Shown here one piece after another: positions 11,690-22,964 of a DNA stretch of 64,000 nt. Position numbers and translations under genes: made by a program. Within the stretch, counting starts at the first letter, position 1; every line of letters begins with the position of its first letter. The DNA comes from Macrostomum hystrix (lineage: Eukaryota; Animalia; Platyhelminthes), in contig CATNEN010000003.1 in the NCBI GenBank assembly GCA_950097015.1, positions 558,001 to 622,000 on the forward strand, written 5' to 3'. The notes beneath the pieces are model-generated. The model saw only the letters and a list, made by a program, of their open reading frames with translations, did no database searches and was not told where the DNA came from.

Positions 11690-12060
11690 GGGAGCAGAGG
11701 AGCAGGGGTAGAGGAGCATTGGGTAGTGGAGCAGGGGGTAGAGGAGCAGGCGTAGAGAAGCAGGGGTGGAGGAGCAGGGGTAGAGGAGCAGGGGTAGAGA
11801 GAAGCAGGGCCAGAAGAGGAGCAGGGTAGATCGAGGCGCAAGGGTAGAGTAGAAATGTCAGTAGAGGAGCAAGGGTAGAGTAGCAGGACCAGTAGAGGAG
11901 CAAAGTGTAGAGGAACAGGGTAGAGGAGCAGGGGGTAAAGAAGCAGTGGGTAGAGAAGGAGTGGGTAGAGAAGGAGTGGGTAGAGAAGGAGTGGGTAGAG
12001 AAGGGGTGGGTAGAGAAGGAGTGGGTAGAGGAGCAGGAGGTAGTAGAGCAGGTGATAAAG
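11690..12060. repeat. Degenerate 14-15-bp minisatellite (GAGCAGGGGTAGAG)n / (GGAGTGGGTAGAGAA)n
   Basis: Tandem units visible; inverted relative of 9513-9745. Confidence 0.8.
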
Positions 12061-12649
12061 GAACAGGTAGCAGGATGAAGTGTAGCAAAATAAGGCTAGT
12101 AAGGAAACAGGAGGAACTGGAGCAAGGAATATATACTCAAGGAACTCTTACCACAAGTCTTGAACCTGGAGTCCGATTCGCTTCCGATTTCTTCTCTCCA
12201 TTTTCTTTTCTCGGCGAGACTCTGAATCTGGGCTCGCTTCGGAGTTCTTGTATTTATAGAGATTCGGACCCTCTCGGGTTCGATGAGTGCGTTCAATGTA
12301 CAGGTGTCAAACTGGTGTCAAAATGTCTGGGTCAACACTTGACAACTTGAGAGGATATACTTTTTTACAACTAAACTAGTAGAAGCGCAAAAAGATGGAT
12401 TATCGCTTTCTTGACCTTTTGATTGGTTTTGGGTATCATGATTGGTAGGATTGGTGGTTGTCTATGACATAAAGTAGTATGGTATAGTCACATGACTTTT
12501 GATTGTTTCGTTTCTCCTTTTTTGGTGAAATGAATCACATGCTGTACTTGTATGTTTTTGGTTCGCCTTTTCTAAAAATACTACTAAGCGGATGAGTAGA
12601 GTAGTTAGCGCATGATTGGTTAAAATAAATATTGCCGTAATTCTGCACT

Positions 12650-13060
12650 CTACAGGCTGTCGCTCTGCTTCAAAGAGTCGAATTTGCAGTGTGTCGCTGC
12701 CTTTCTTACCCGGGCTAGATAGTGAGTAATTGGCTCGTCAGCGCTCTGCCGAAGCGTAAAGAAGTTTACAGTTCGCTCAGCCACAACTAAGCGCTTTTGA
12801 GGTTGAAGATAGGCTACAAGTGCAGTCTCCACGTCTGTAAAGAGCATTTCTTCAACATGACGCGGAGCGACCAAGTGTGATAGCTTTTCCAGTGTAGCCA
12901 GCCCACAGGATGACAGGAAATGATCCGTGATCTGCCGTGTCTCAGTCGTGCCGGTCCATTTGTTAGCACGAGCCAGTGCTTTGAATGCTTTTAGCCAAGT
13001 GAGAGCCGCGGATCTGCGTTGTTGAGATCCAGTTCACCTAGCCGCGACCCCATTGTCATG
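12650..13060 (-). pseudogene. Ty3/Gypsy gag relic (truncated, frameshifted)
   Basis: MTMGSRLGELDL../..TWLKAFKALARANKW...ITDHFLSSCGLATLEKLSHLVAP...YLQPQKRLVVAER..FFTLRQSADEPITHYLARVRKAATHCKF matches the invertebrate Gypsy gag pattern; no pol follows. Confidence 0.75.
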
Positions 13061-13155
13061 AATACGAGATGCAGTCAATTCACTTAGCTTTTGTTAGAAT
13101 AGGAAAGCGTGCACTTGCCGTGAATAGGCGAGGCTATGCATGCCAGCTTGTATTA

Positions 13156-14425
13156 TACCTTTTGTCAGTTGATTTCGCAAAAAAGCCAATTGATTTCCCC
13201 ATTAGCTGAAGTCGAAAGCGAGGGCCCAACCAGCCTTCTCGACCATAGATAAGTCGAAATGAATTCCCTCAATTCAATGTGTTTTAAGCATACTCTCTGG
13301 GGAAATCGATTGGAGTTGTTTCATTCTGTTGTCTGTGGTCGAAATCGAGGATTCATAGTTAGTCTTTGCCTACAGCGCAAATCTGGCAGGTACAAGAGAA
13401 CAGAGGTCATCATCCTATGTAACAAATGAAGCAAAGTCACAAAGAATGAACAAATAACCACGTTTCGGGTCATGCGGGTCATGAAAATTATGAAGTTAGC
13501 TTTGCCGTACTTGGCGTACGTCACTGGAAGATATCGGCATATTCGAGGCACCGCTGATAGTACAACCATGACGTGGTGACACCATTGGCGACACTTGTCC
13601 AGATTCAGCACGTCGATGCATCCCAACACTTCCTGTTGCAGCCGAGTCATCCGTCTCCTGTGAAGGGTAACACCTTGCTGTGCTGCCGCGGCGCGGTCTC
13701 CCATCTGCTGCTGAATGTCAGGCTGCGCGAGCTTCTTTGTTGATGTTCGAATTCCAATCGTCCGTGACAGTACGAAGCTTTTTTAACGTAATTAGCTGCT
13801 TGTCCAGTGCACGACTGATAGTCTTCAGGCCAACGGTCTCCAATGCAGGCCACTGCACTGAAAGACCACCGCGCATCATTTGCAGAGTGCAGGTGGGATT
13901 TTGTTCGACTATTGTTATCAGGTGCTCCGTCATTTCCTCATTCAGATGTTTCTGTCGATTGCCACCCTTGGCCAGACTATGATCTCTTCCGTCTCTTTCA
14001 AATACCTCAATGATGGACCTGGTGGTTCTTGGTTTAATCTGCAATTGTCTCGCCAGGAGCCTCCAGTCTTCACCTCGGACATACGATTGAGCGATTCTCT
14101 GTCGGTCCTTCTCCGATACTGCTGTAGTGTAGTGCCCGCGCAGCATAGTGGTTGATGACGTCTGTTCTCTTGTACATGCCAAATTTGCGCTGTAGGCAAA
14201 GACTAACTATGAATCCTCGATTTCGACCACAGACAACAGAATGAAACAATTCGAATCGATTTCCCCAGAGAGTATGCTTAAAACACATTGAATTGAAATC
14301 AATTGGACTTAAGGGAATTCATTTGGACTTATCTATGGTCGAGAAGGCTGGTTGGGCCCTCGCTTTCGACTTCAGCTAATGGGGAAATCAATTGGCTTTT
14401 TTGCGAAATCAATTGACAAAAGGTA
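13156..14425 (-). mobile_element. IS630/Tc1-mariner superfamily element with ~250-bp TIRs, internally deleted
   Basis: TIRs 13156-13404 and 14161-14425, TA on both flanks. ORF 13718-14182 encodes two HTH-like blocks (WRLLARQLQIKPRTTRSII; IVEQNPTCTLQMM...KTISRALDKQLITLKK). A C-terminal remnant (LDKCRQWCHHV) is present but no DDE core. Confidence 0.85.
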
Positions 14426-15056
14426 TATTCAGCTTCAAGCAAAACGAACTCTAATACTCTAATAAGGGATACGCCAGGTTGGGGCATAGACAATAAACGA
14501 AGCAGCAACGCTTTTGCTGGTAACAACGAAACTAAATGACACTCGATGAACGGATAGCGACTGCAGTACAATAATGATTTATACGATACCAACTCCAGGC
14601 TCGCACAGCATAACATGAGGTAAGGATCAAAAGAAGTGCGCCAAGAGTACTATACCCTCTTGCAGTATACGAAAAGACCTTCAACTGCTTAACGTACAAT
14701 AAATGCAAGATGATCGAAGGATGATGTCACAACACCAAATTGTATGCAGCGAGGAGACACCTGTATTTTTAGCCCGATAAACAGTGGTTTATGTTCTTTC
14801 CTGATTTCAATCTGATCTATTTAGTTTTGACGAACGCAGGAACCCAAGAACTATAGTGCTGTCCAATAATTAGGCATCAAAATTTGATTGGTTCTGTAGT
14901 TGATGATTGCAAGCAAGCCTATATATATTGTTTGTAGTCACACTGCATATTTTACGCCTTAGAAATTGGTTTCGCTATTTTAAGTCTCATCGAGTTCCTA
15001 GAGAAATTAAAAGTTCCTAGAAAAATAAGAAAAAATTCGCAACACAATTGTTTGTG

Positions 15057-16273
15057 ATGGCATCATGTCTGCCGTATTTCCTAGTCCTTATCTACATTGC
15101 AATAGTGGCGACTGGACAAATGATACCGTTTAATAACGTAGGCTGCTACAATAGTGGCGGCAGCAGTGATCTAAATGGACTACAATACGTATTGTGGATT
15201 AACAACCAGAAAGTTGAAATTATTAATGGTGCAGTGGAAAACAAGATTTCAATGAGCATGAACGAGTGCGCTCGAATCTGCTCTGACCTAGGCTTTCTCT
15301 TCTTCGGCGTGTTGAATGGCAGCAGGTGCCACTGTGGCGACTCGTACGGCTCTGCTGGTAATGCCGGAACCACAGGCGCTTGCTCCATCCCGTGTCCAGG
15401 AGATTCCACGCAGATATGCGGTGGCAGCCAACAGTTCTCAGTCGGCGCATTCGAGAAGAAAAGTAAGAAAATTTTGCGCAACGCATCTGATCAATGTCAA
15501 AAACTAACCGATATATACGTCGTAGAAGAAATGTGCTAATAATTGAAACCCGAGTGACCATTTCAAACACTTGAACTGTATACTCTCTCTGATGGAGTTA
15601 TCCTGGACAGGGACTACTAAAGCTAGCTACTAGTGGTCCTTGAACCTGGAATGGAGTGAGTTGCATGTTTTGTCATTCGCGACTTAACAGAAAATATAGA
15701 AGTTTTCAACTCCCGCTATAGGGCTGTCACTTTTGGTTGTTACTTTGACATTCCAACGGAAGCTAACTCTTGAATAATGAAAGTTTTTTAATAGCGGAAC
15801 TGCGGCACACGTGAAAAACTCGACTTGATGATTTATGGGACACTCATGTCGCTTTACTTCAATTCAACAAATAAAGTTCTCCCCTAAAAAGAGGGTTTTC
15901 AATGGTTTTGAAATTGAGATTGAATTACTACCTCTAACATAATATTATTTAATTTGAAAGCAAAATAAACACTAAATTTACTTTTCCTCCGCATCAAATT
16001 GCAGACGTTATCCAATTTCGAATGCTGCCTGCTGAGAGTACAATGAGAGACTCCCTTAACTACCTTTCGCTTGGATCTGGCTTTGCCGCTGAAACTGTCG
16101 ACTCTGAGTTGTCCTGCCTGCAGCGTTGTACTCGCAGACACTTACTCGGCTTGATCTGTCGGGCTGCAGCCTACACGCTATCTGACAGAATCTGTTACAT
16201 GATGCGTTTGCGTGCTTTTGACATGTTAGTGCCGAGACCAGCTGACATACAGATTTGGTTGCCTCTGATTTAG
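15057..16273 (+). CDS. Secreted WSC-domain + PAN/apple-like domain protein (224 aa, 2 exons)
   Basis: Exons 15057-15462 and 16005-16273, phase-1 GTAAG..CAG intron, 675 nt. Signal peptide MASCLPYFLVLIYIAIVATG; WSC cysteines GCY...MSMNECARIC...FFGVLNGSRCHCG...CSIPCPGDSTQICGG; PAN-like SELSCLQRC...CRAAAY...CYM; AATAAA at 16300-16305. Confidence 0.85.
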
Positions 16274-17812
16274 AGGACAATTGGCAAAATGTTGACACAA
16301 ATAAAAAAAAACTAAACACCTATGCATCTGAACCGTAAAACACTAACCTAAATAAATAGTTTTACCTGCCGCTTTTTAGATGTCCTTTTTTCGAAATTTC
16401 AAATATTTTAATCGAATCTACATAGTTATCGATCCTATTATCCTGTCGTAGACTCGTCTAGTTTTGTCTGTTAGTCAAACGCTCTTTTTTATTTTCCTTT
16501 GTAAGAAATAAAAGACCATAATTTGAATTTATTAGGAAATAAACGGAAAGCCCTGCCTCCTCGCAATCAAACATACAGAGTTTGGCTTTTTCTAATACCA
16601 ACGAACATCTCTCAGAATAAATTCCAACGACAAGGAGATAAACAAGCGATTGTTTTAGCGCAACAGTTCGTTGCTAGGTATAAATTTTTTTTCCTGAAAA
16701 ATCTTGACAAAGACGAAGCTAAAGCTGAATGTAACAATAGGGCGACTCAGTGAATGAAGTAAAAAGCCTTTCTCCGGTGAGCTCAAAATCAGACTCCGCA
16801 TTATCGACAGCAGATCGCCTAACTTTGATGGACAGTATCGATCGCAGCTGATGCGAGAGAGTATTTCCCTTTAACTACAAACGTTTCCCTAGCGGAAAAT
16901 GTAACCAAATCGACTAAAATAGACGGGCATTGTTTAGCACGGGATCGCTGCATTGTTCTGCAGCTAGATTAACATCCGACAAGCTATAGCAGTAAAGCCT
17001 CACAATAAAAACTTTATTGAAGTAAGTGTCATAAATATGCCATAAAGTGAACCTGTAAGCCGGTAAAATCTGAATTCGAACTAACCAGAATCAGTCGGAA
17101 GCATCAGTTATCTGAGCACCAGCATTTAGCCAAAGAAAGAAATGCAACCGAACAGTTGGAGCCAAAGCCGCCACACCCAACCCAGATTTCTTCTTTATCC
17201 AATGCTTACAACATCTAGTCAAAATGAAGCAATGTGGAAATGCTTAAGAATACAAATAGTCCCTCTCTCTATATATGTAGTCCGACGCTCTTATCCGCTA
17301 AGAAACAGACAAATTTTTGATTGAAAATAAATTAAAAGAAACAACAAAATTTGCTCATCGTATTTGCTACATGAAATTTATTCGAAGAAAACTCTAATTG
17401 AAGCGCGATCTTTCATTTGATGATGGAAACCATGCTAAAGTTTTAAACCACGCACTTTTCCAATAGATATATATCTGCTATGTAGCTTAAGTTTACCTAG
17501 ATAAAGAAACGCATCCTTTGATGTTAACAGGACCAATACTTCTGACTACCTAAAGTCAGTAGGTGCAATAGCATTAGATCATCGATTGGATAAGAATAAT
17601 AATAATAAAAAAAACTACCCCTAATTACATTTTAAAGTGGAAATCTTGTTACTTCTTTCTGATGTTATTACATTTAAACTTAGATTTATGCTCAAATAAT
17701 TTGTTAAGAGACTATGTAAAAGACGTTGAATTTTTGTTTTGCATAAACTAACAAGCTATAAGATTTCGCAACAGACAGTCTACTACAAGTAGCATTATAA
17801 GTAGTGCTGATG

Positions 17813-18049
17813 CTACTTGGTGTGCTTAAAGATCTCCTTAGCAGCGCAGTGATCCCTGCAATGGAGCAGGTCGAACAGCTCCTCCTCGCAGTCCTCGGTT
17901 GTGTTTGGCCGCCTGGCTACTCGCTCCTCGCACTTGGTGAACTTGTCCAAATACTTGGCGCAGTGCTCGGAGTCGCGGCACTTCTCCCTGATGGTGTCAA
18001 TGGGATCCTGCATCTCTTCGTCCTCCTCGGCGGCCTTCTCCTTGGTCAT
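17813..18049 (-). CDS. UQCRH: Cytochrome b-c1 complex subunit 6 (hinge protein), intronless CDS
   Basis: Acidic N-terminus, DPIDTIREKC...C...CEERV...TEDCEEELFDLLHCRDHCAAKEIFKHTK is the UCR_hinge signature. Confidence 0.96.
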   Translation of the reverse strand: MTKEKAAEEDEEMQDPIDTIREKCRDSEHCAKYLDKFTKCEERVARRPNTTEDCEEELFDLLHCRDHCAAKEIFKHTK

Positions 18050-18547
18050 TGCTGGCTGCTGTCTGATTGGTAATTAATCAATAAGCAGTTAATGATGGAA
18101 GGCTTGTTAAAGACACTGAAAATGGTTACATTAGCAGAAAATCTTTCGTCGAATGGCAAAGAAAGTAAAATGATCTAAAAGTCGTAAAAGTGTTCTATCT
18201 TTCAAATGAAACCAAATACGATATACCTAATATACAAAAATGAAAAAAAAATAATTAAAGAAGGGCTATGCGCAATGGCACAGTAATTTATGACACTAGA
18301 CCTGCAGCCAGCAAGGAGGCAATTCTGCCCATTTTGCTGACTCCTGAGCACACACAATAAGATACTGTATGAAGGCACATGCTCACACACTTGTGTGTTT
18401 ATAGCTGACTTTCTTATTGTCAGGCACTGTCCATTTTACTGTGCCCCTTAAGGGCATAAAATGCATGACAAGCCCTTATGCTTTTTCTCCACAGCTACAC
18501 CCTAAATGCAATAGGGCTCCTTAAATCTTCAAGTACTTTACCATGTA

Positions 18548-19848
18548 CGAGGGGCGTTCAATAAGTTTCCGGACCATAAGAGCCAGCGCACTCTAAGCTG
18601 CTCAAAATGTACTCACATGAAAAATGTACATCTCCTGAGATTTGACATAAAATATAATGATTACACAATAAACCTGAATCTCACAACTTCACTTCAAAGT
18701 TACCTATCACCTCCAACTTCAAGTATCTATTATGGAACTGTCACGCATCCACTGGAGAGCGATGATTTTTTACGACTACAAATGTGGTCTGAACCAGTCG
18801 CAAAGCTTAGAACGGCTTCGCCTAGCCTTCGGGGATACTGCACCCTCGAGAACAACCGTCTTTGACTGGTTCGCAGAATTTCGTCGGGGCCGAGTGTCGC
18901 TCGAAGACGAGGCTCGCGAAGGACGACCCACGAGTTCGACCACTCAGGAAGCAGTGGCTGCAGTGCACGCCCTGGTTGAGGAAGACCCGCGGTTGACAGT
19001 GCAACAGCTAGCCACTGCTGTGGGCATTTCATCGGGAAGCACATCAACCATCCTACATGAAAGGCTTGGCCTCAGCAAGGTGTCCGCACGCTGGGTGCCT
19101 CATCACCTGACCCAGGAGCAGAAACAGGCCCGGATTGATTGGTGCCATTCAATGCTCGAAAGATTCGACGGTGGAAGATCAACAAGCTCCTGGGACATCG
19201 TCAGTGGTGATGAGACCTGGGAGTACTGTTTTGACCCGGAGAGCAAGCAGCAGTCGGCTCAGTGGACCCCCATTGGCAGCCCGCCACCTTCAAAGCTGGT
19301 GCGGTCGCGAAGCGTCGCCAAGCAGATGGTGGCTGTTTTTGTGGCTCGCAGCGGTCCCGTAGCCATGAAAAAAACAGCGGACAGTGACTGCGGGCTGGTA
19401 TGTAACCGATTGTATGCCCCAGGTGCTGCAATCCATCGCTGAGAAGCGCCCAAGGACTCGACATCGCGGGTTGCTGCTCCACCAGGACAACGCCCCGGCC
19501 CACACGGCGCGACTAACTGTGGAGTTCATGGAGCAGAATCGCGTCCAACTGCTTCAGCACCCACCCTACAGCCCTGACTTGGCACCGTGTGACTTCTTTG
19601 TGTTCCCACAAGTCAAGCGCCTGCTTAAGGGAGTCCGATTTGCATCGCCGGAACAGGCCGTCGAGGCCTTCTAAAATCACCTGTTCGACATCCCTCAGTC
19701 GGAGTGGGCTGGCTGCTTTGCTACTTGGTTTGAAAGGATGAGAAAGTGCATCGAAGCTGCTGGAGAGTACTTCGAAAAGGCCTGACATTTATCTTCCCTC
19801 TGACGCTTTTCATTTCTGTGCATCCGGAAACTTATTGAACGCCCCTCG
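18548..19848 (+). mobile_element. Full-length mariner (DD34D, irritans/Hsmar2-like), transposase inactivated
   Basis: TA TSD; perfect 26-bp TIR CGAGGGGCGTTCAATAAGTTTCCGGA. Transposase 18732-~19785 with WVPHHL, SGDETW, HQDNAPAH and YSPDLAPCDF; frameshift near 19365 and TAA at 19672-19674. Confidence 0.96.
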
Positions 19849-21834
19849 TACGACTATGTGGCTCGCAGAACTCGCAAAACTCGTATTTGACTATGTTTCG
19901 TTATCAACACGTTTTACCCAATTTCATGTTTCACTTGTCATTGTATTTCATCTTAAAGAGGAGCGAGAATCTGTAGGAAAGATCAGACGACCTTGGGGCT
20001 GTCTGAGAGCTTGGGCTCGAACTAGGAACACAAAAAGAAGAAACAGTCTTGGGACTGAAATCCAAAGAGATTAAGGCGAACTTAAGGAGAAACTATTATT
20101 AGAGTGAAGAACATCAAAGATTTGCTGCGAGAAAGAATTGTATTGAGGGATTATAGCGAGAGTTGTATCAAGAGGTACAGTAAAGACTAAGTAGAATAGG
20201 TTGCAATCGCAATCGTGCCTTTGAATATCATAAGACTTTAATCTCCTATACCTTTGTCCCAGAAGTACATTCTTACTAATCTTTATAACCTCGCCTTCAT
20301 ATATAATATAATGGATATATCTCATTTAATAAAATATTTTGCAAAAGTTGCCGAAATTCTAAATAGCCTTTGTCTTGTTTCCTCGAGCCAAAACTTCTGG
20401 TGGCAGCGACTAAATCCTGAATAATAGAACAGAGAGGAAGTCGATCAGGTTGAGTCTCCCTTGTGCGCTTGGCTGGTATACCAAATTGCCTTGTCCGCTA
20501 CCAGAAGTATATTAGATAGATTAAAACCAGCACTTACTCAAAGCAGACACTCAATTTAGTCTCTTAATTTACTCCAATTTAAATAAATTGGTGGCTGCTT
20601 GGGCGTGTTGCCAACTCTTGAAACATCAATCTGACACCTTGGGGTTCGGAGCAGTATTGATAGACTTGGGTCTATCTGCCAATATAATCATCTAAGAACA
20701 TAGGGCTTATAAATTTACGTAAGCAACTAATAGCTAAATCACTAGATCTTTAGTGGGCCGCTTGTCACTTAATATATGAGACTTAGTGGCGCCAAACCCA
20801 AAATTGTCTTAAATAATAACGTATCAGCAGAGGTAGACAGCAAAAAGAGGCCTACAACACAAGTTAGTCTAAGATCATTGTTAACAAAGCTAAAATCAAA
20901 CTTATGGTAGTTAAATACATAATTTTTCTCTGTGATCCTTAACTTTTTGTGCTTTGGGAAAAAATAAAGCAACTTTGTAGCTTTGTTTTTGCCCCTGCTA
21001 ATTTAATTTTCGTGACCTACTTTGCTTGGCCCTTTTTTACCTTTATAGCCTATTTGACTAGGTTAGGTTGGACAGGTGTTTCTGTTACATGTAAGCGATT
21101 TATTCTAAATCTAAACTTATCTATAGACATTTCAGATTAGGATTAAAGCCTTTGTAGAAGTATTGAAATGGCATAGTAATCTTTCAATTTGCTAAAATAC
21201 TCCTTGTTGTCAGTTGTGGTAAATGACAAATTATAGTAAATTAGTAGATTCTTATGTGGTCATTATGTTGTCTAGTGTTTTTGTCCACATGGCCATTAAA
21301 ACATGTAAGTGTATAGGCTCAAAAACATTCATGGGCAATTAGCAGGTATGGACTAGCCAGTCTGGCCCTAAAGACAGTCACAAAAAGTTAAACTCATTTC
21401 ATTGTGTTCTAGGTACTAAGTGCTATGTTTAAGTACATATATATTTTTCTCAAAATCTCAAATCTAAAGTATGTGTCCACTTCACTTTCATTTGCGAAAT
21501 TATTTTCCTTATTTAATAATTTTGTGAACCTTAATCCTCATTATTTAAAATGGTGCCAATGACATGGAATGACGAATGGGAGTTGTCTATGGCCCATAGT
21601 AGCTGAGTAAAATTGTTTGTGGCACAAAAATGCCCCTGAGTTTTATTGAGCCCTCACTATAGTTTAGATTTAGTGGTCATGGTGACCACAGTGTTGTGAA
21701 TCATAGGCTCCACTTTGTGGACCCCAAAGACACCATGCTACACACAAACACAATTGAAGGGACGTGGGGCAACTGCAAAGTGAAATTCTGGGCCATGCAT
21801 GGCACTAGTGATGCCCTCTTTTTAATCACACATC

Positions 21835-22964
21835 CCATAGTCCAGATCATGCTGGACTTACACTGGAGGAAAAATCCAACATTTCTTGGCACTTACGCCA
21901 GACTTATGCCAACTGAAAAAGGTCCCTCTGACTTACGCCACCCAAAAAAGGTCCCTAACAATTCTTGTTAATCCATGTCTCTTTATCGACCTCCTTGCTT
22001 GCTGCCCTCGACTATTACATGGATTTCTCTCTCACTCTAACCAGCACATACACACAATTAGTTTTTCAAGTCATTTGGCAAGCCCCTTCTCATTGGTCAT
22101 GTCTGTCCGGCTCCAGCAGAATGATGGTCGCCGATGAAGGGGCAGCGGCAGGATGTCTTAAACCTCCACTTGTCGACCACTTTACTGACGACGTATTTCG
22201 TTGCCCGATGATCTATAAAAAGTGGAGCCCGGTGCGTGCGGATGCCCCGCTGGCTATCCCCAGCGTGGTACACTGTGATACATCGGTGATTAATTAAATT
22301 CAGAAGTTGCAACTGCTTAAAAATCTCACAAGTTGCAAATCCTGAATCAAGAATCAAAGTAAGCATCTTGAAGCTAAAAAAACTTTTGCTATCCTACAAT
22401 AGATATTCTGCTATCTCATTTATACGAACTGCAATATTTTAATGACCTTTGTTTTAATGCTGCTCTTTAACATCATTAACACAAATGTGTAATGTTCTAT
22501 AGTGATGTAGAGGTTGTAGCCTAGTGGTTAGGGTGTCGGACTCACGACTTAAAGGTCGGGGATTTGATTCCCGACTCCCCTGAACAATTTGTGTCCTTTA
22601 GCAAGACACTTAGCTCTGCATTGCTTCAGTTCAACCAGCTGTTAAATGGGTACCAGCATCAGCTGGGATAATTGAAGGTGGGTGTGGCGTCCCCCCAGTC
22701 CATGGACTGAACAGCTATAGGCCTACGCAGCCTTCAGATACGCCGCGCATTAGCTGCGGCTGTGCTGTCGGCTGCACATCTGACCCAATTGGGGCAGGTG
22801 TAATCAATAGTGATACATTTGATGGTGAATGATCTCATTTGTGCCAACATTAATGCCACTTGATTTATGCCATGTACTTACGCCAAGCACTTATGCCAGT
22901 CTCCAATCCCAAACCAGATTTACACCAGAGATCTCCGGGGTAAATGACATGATCCGGACTATGG
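21835..22964. mobile_element. Non-autonomous DNA transposon with 8-bp TSD
   Basis: TSD CACACATC at 21827-21834 and 22965-22972; TIR CCATAGTCC(A/G)GATCATG; repeated ACTTA(C/T)GCCA motifs near both ends. Confidence 0.8.
22510..22802 (+). mobile_element. tRNA-derived CORE-like SINE (family A), near full length
   Basis: A box TAGCCTAGTGG, degenerate B box GATTTGATTCC, then a central domain resembling the MIR/CORE consensus; other copies at 4243-4490 and 59302-59465. Confidence 0.85.

Noticed and set aside
19960-20720. Possible reverse transcriptase relic (FLDDY-like peptide on the minus strand)
   Set aside because: One short motif among many stops; a translated search would be needed.
22512-22580. 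tRNA-like sequence (also 35333-35360 and 42410-42468)
   Set aside because: Degenerate B box or no complete cloverleaf; the first continues into a SINE body. Treated as SINE heads or fragments, not tRNA genes.
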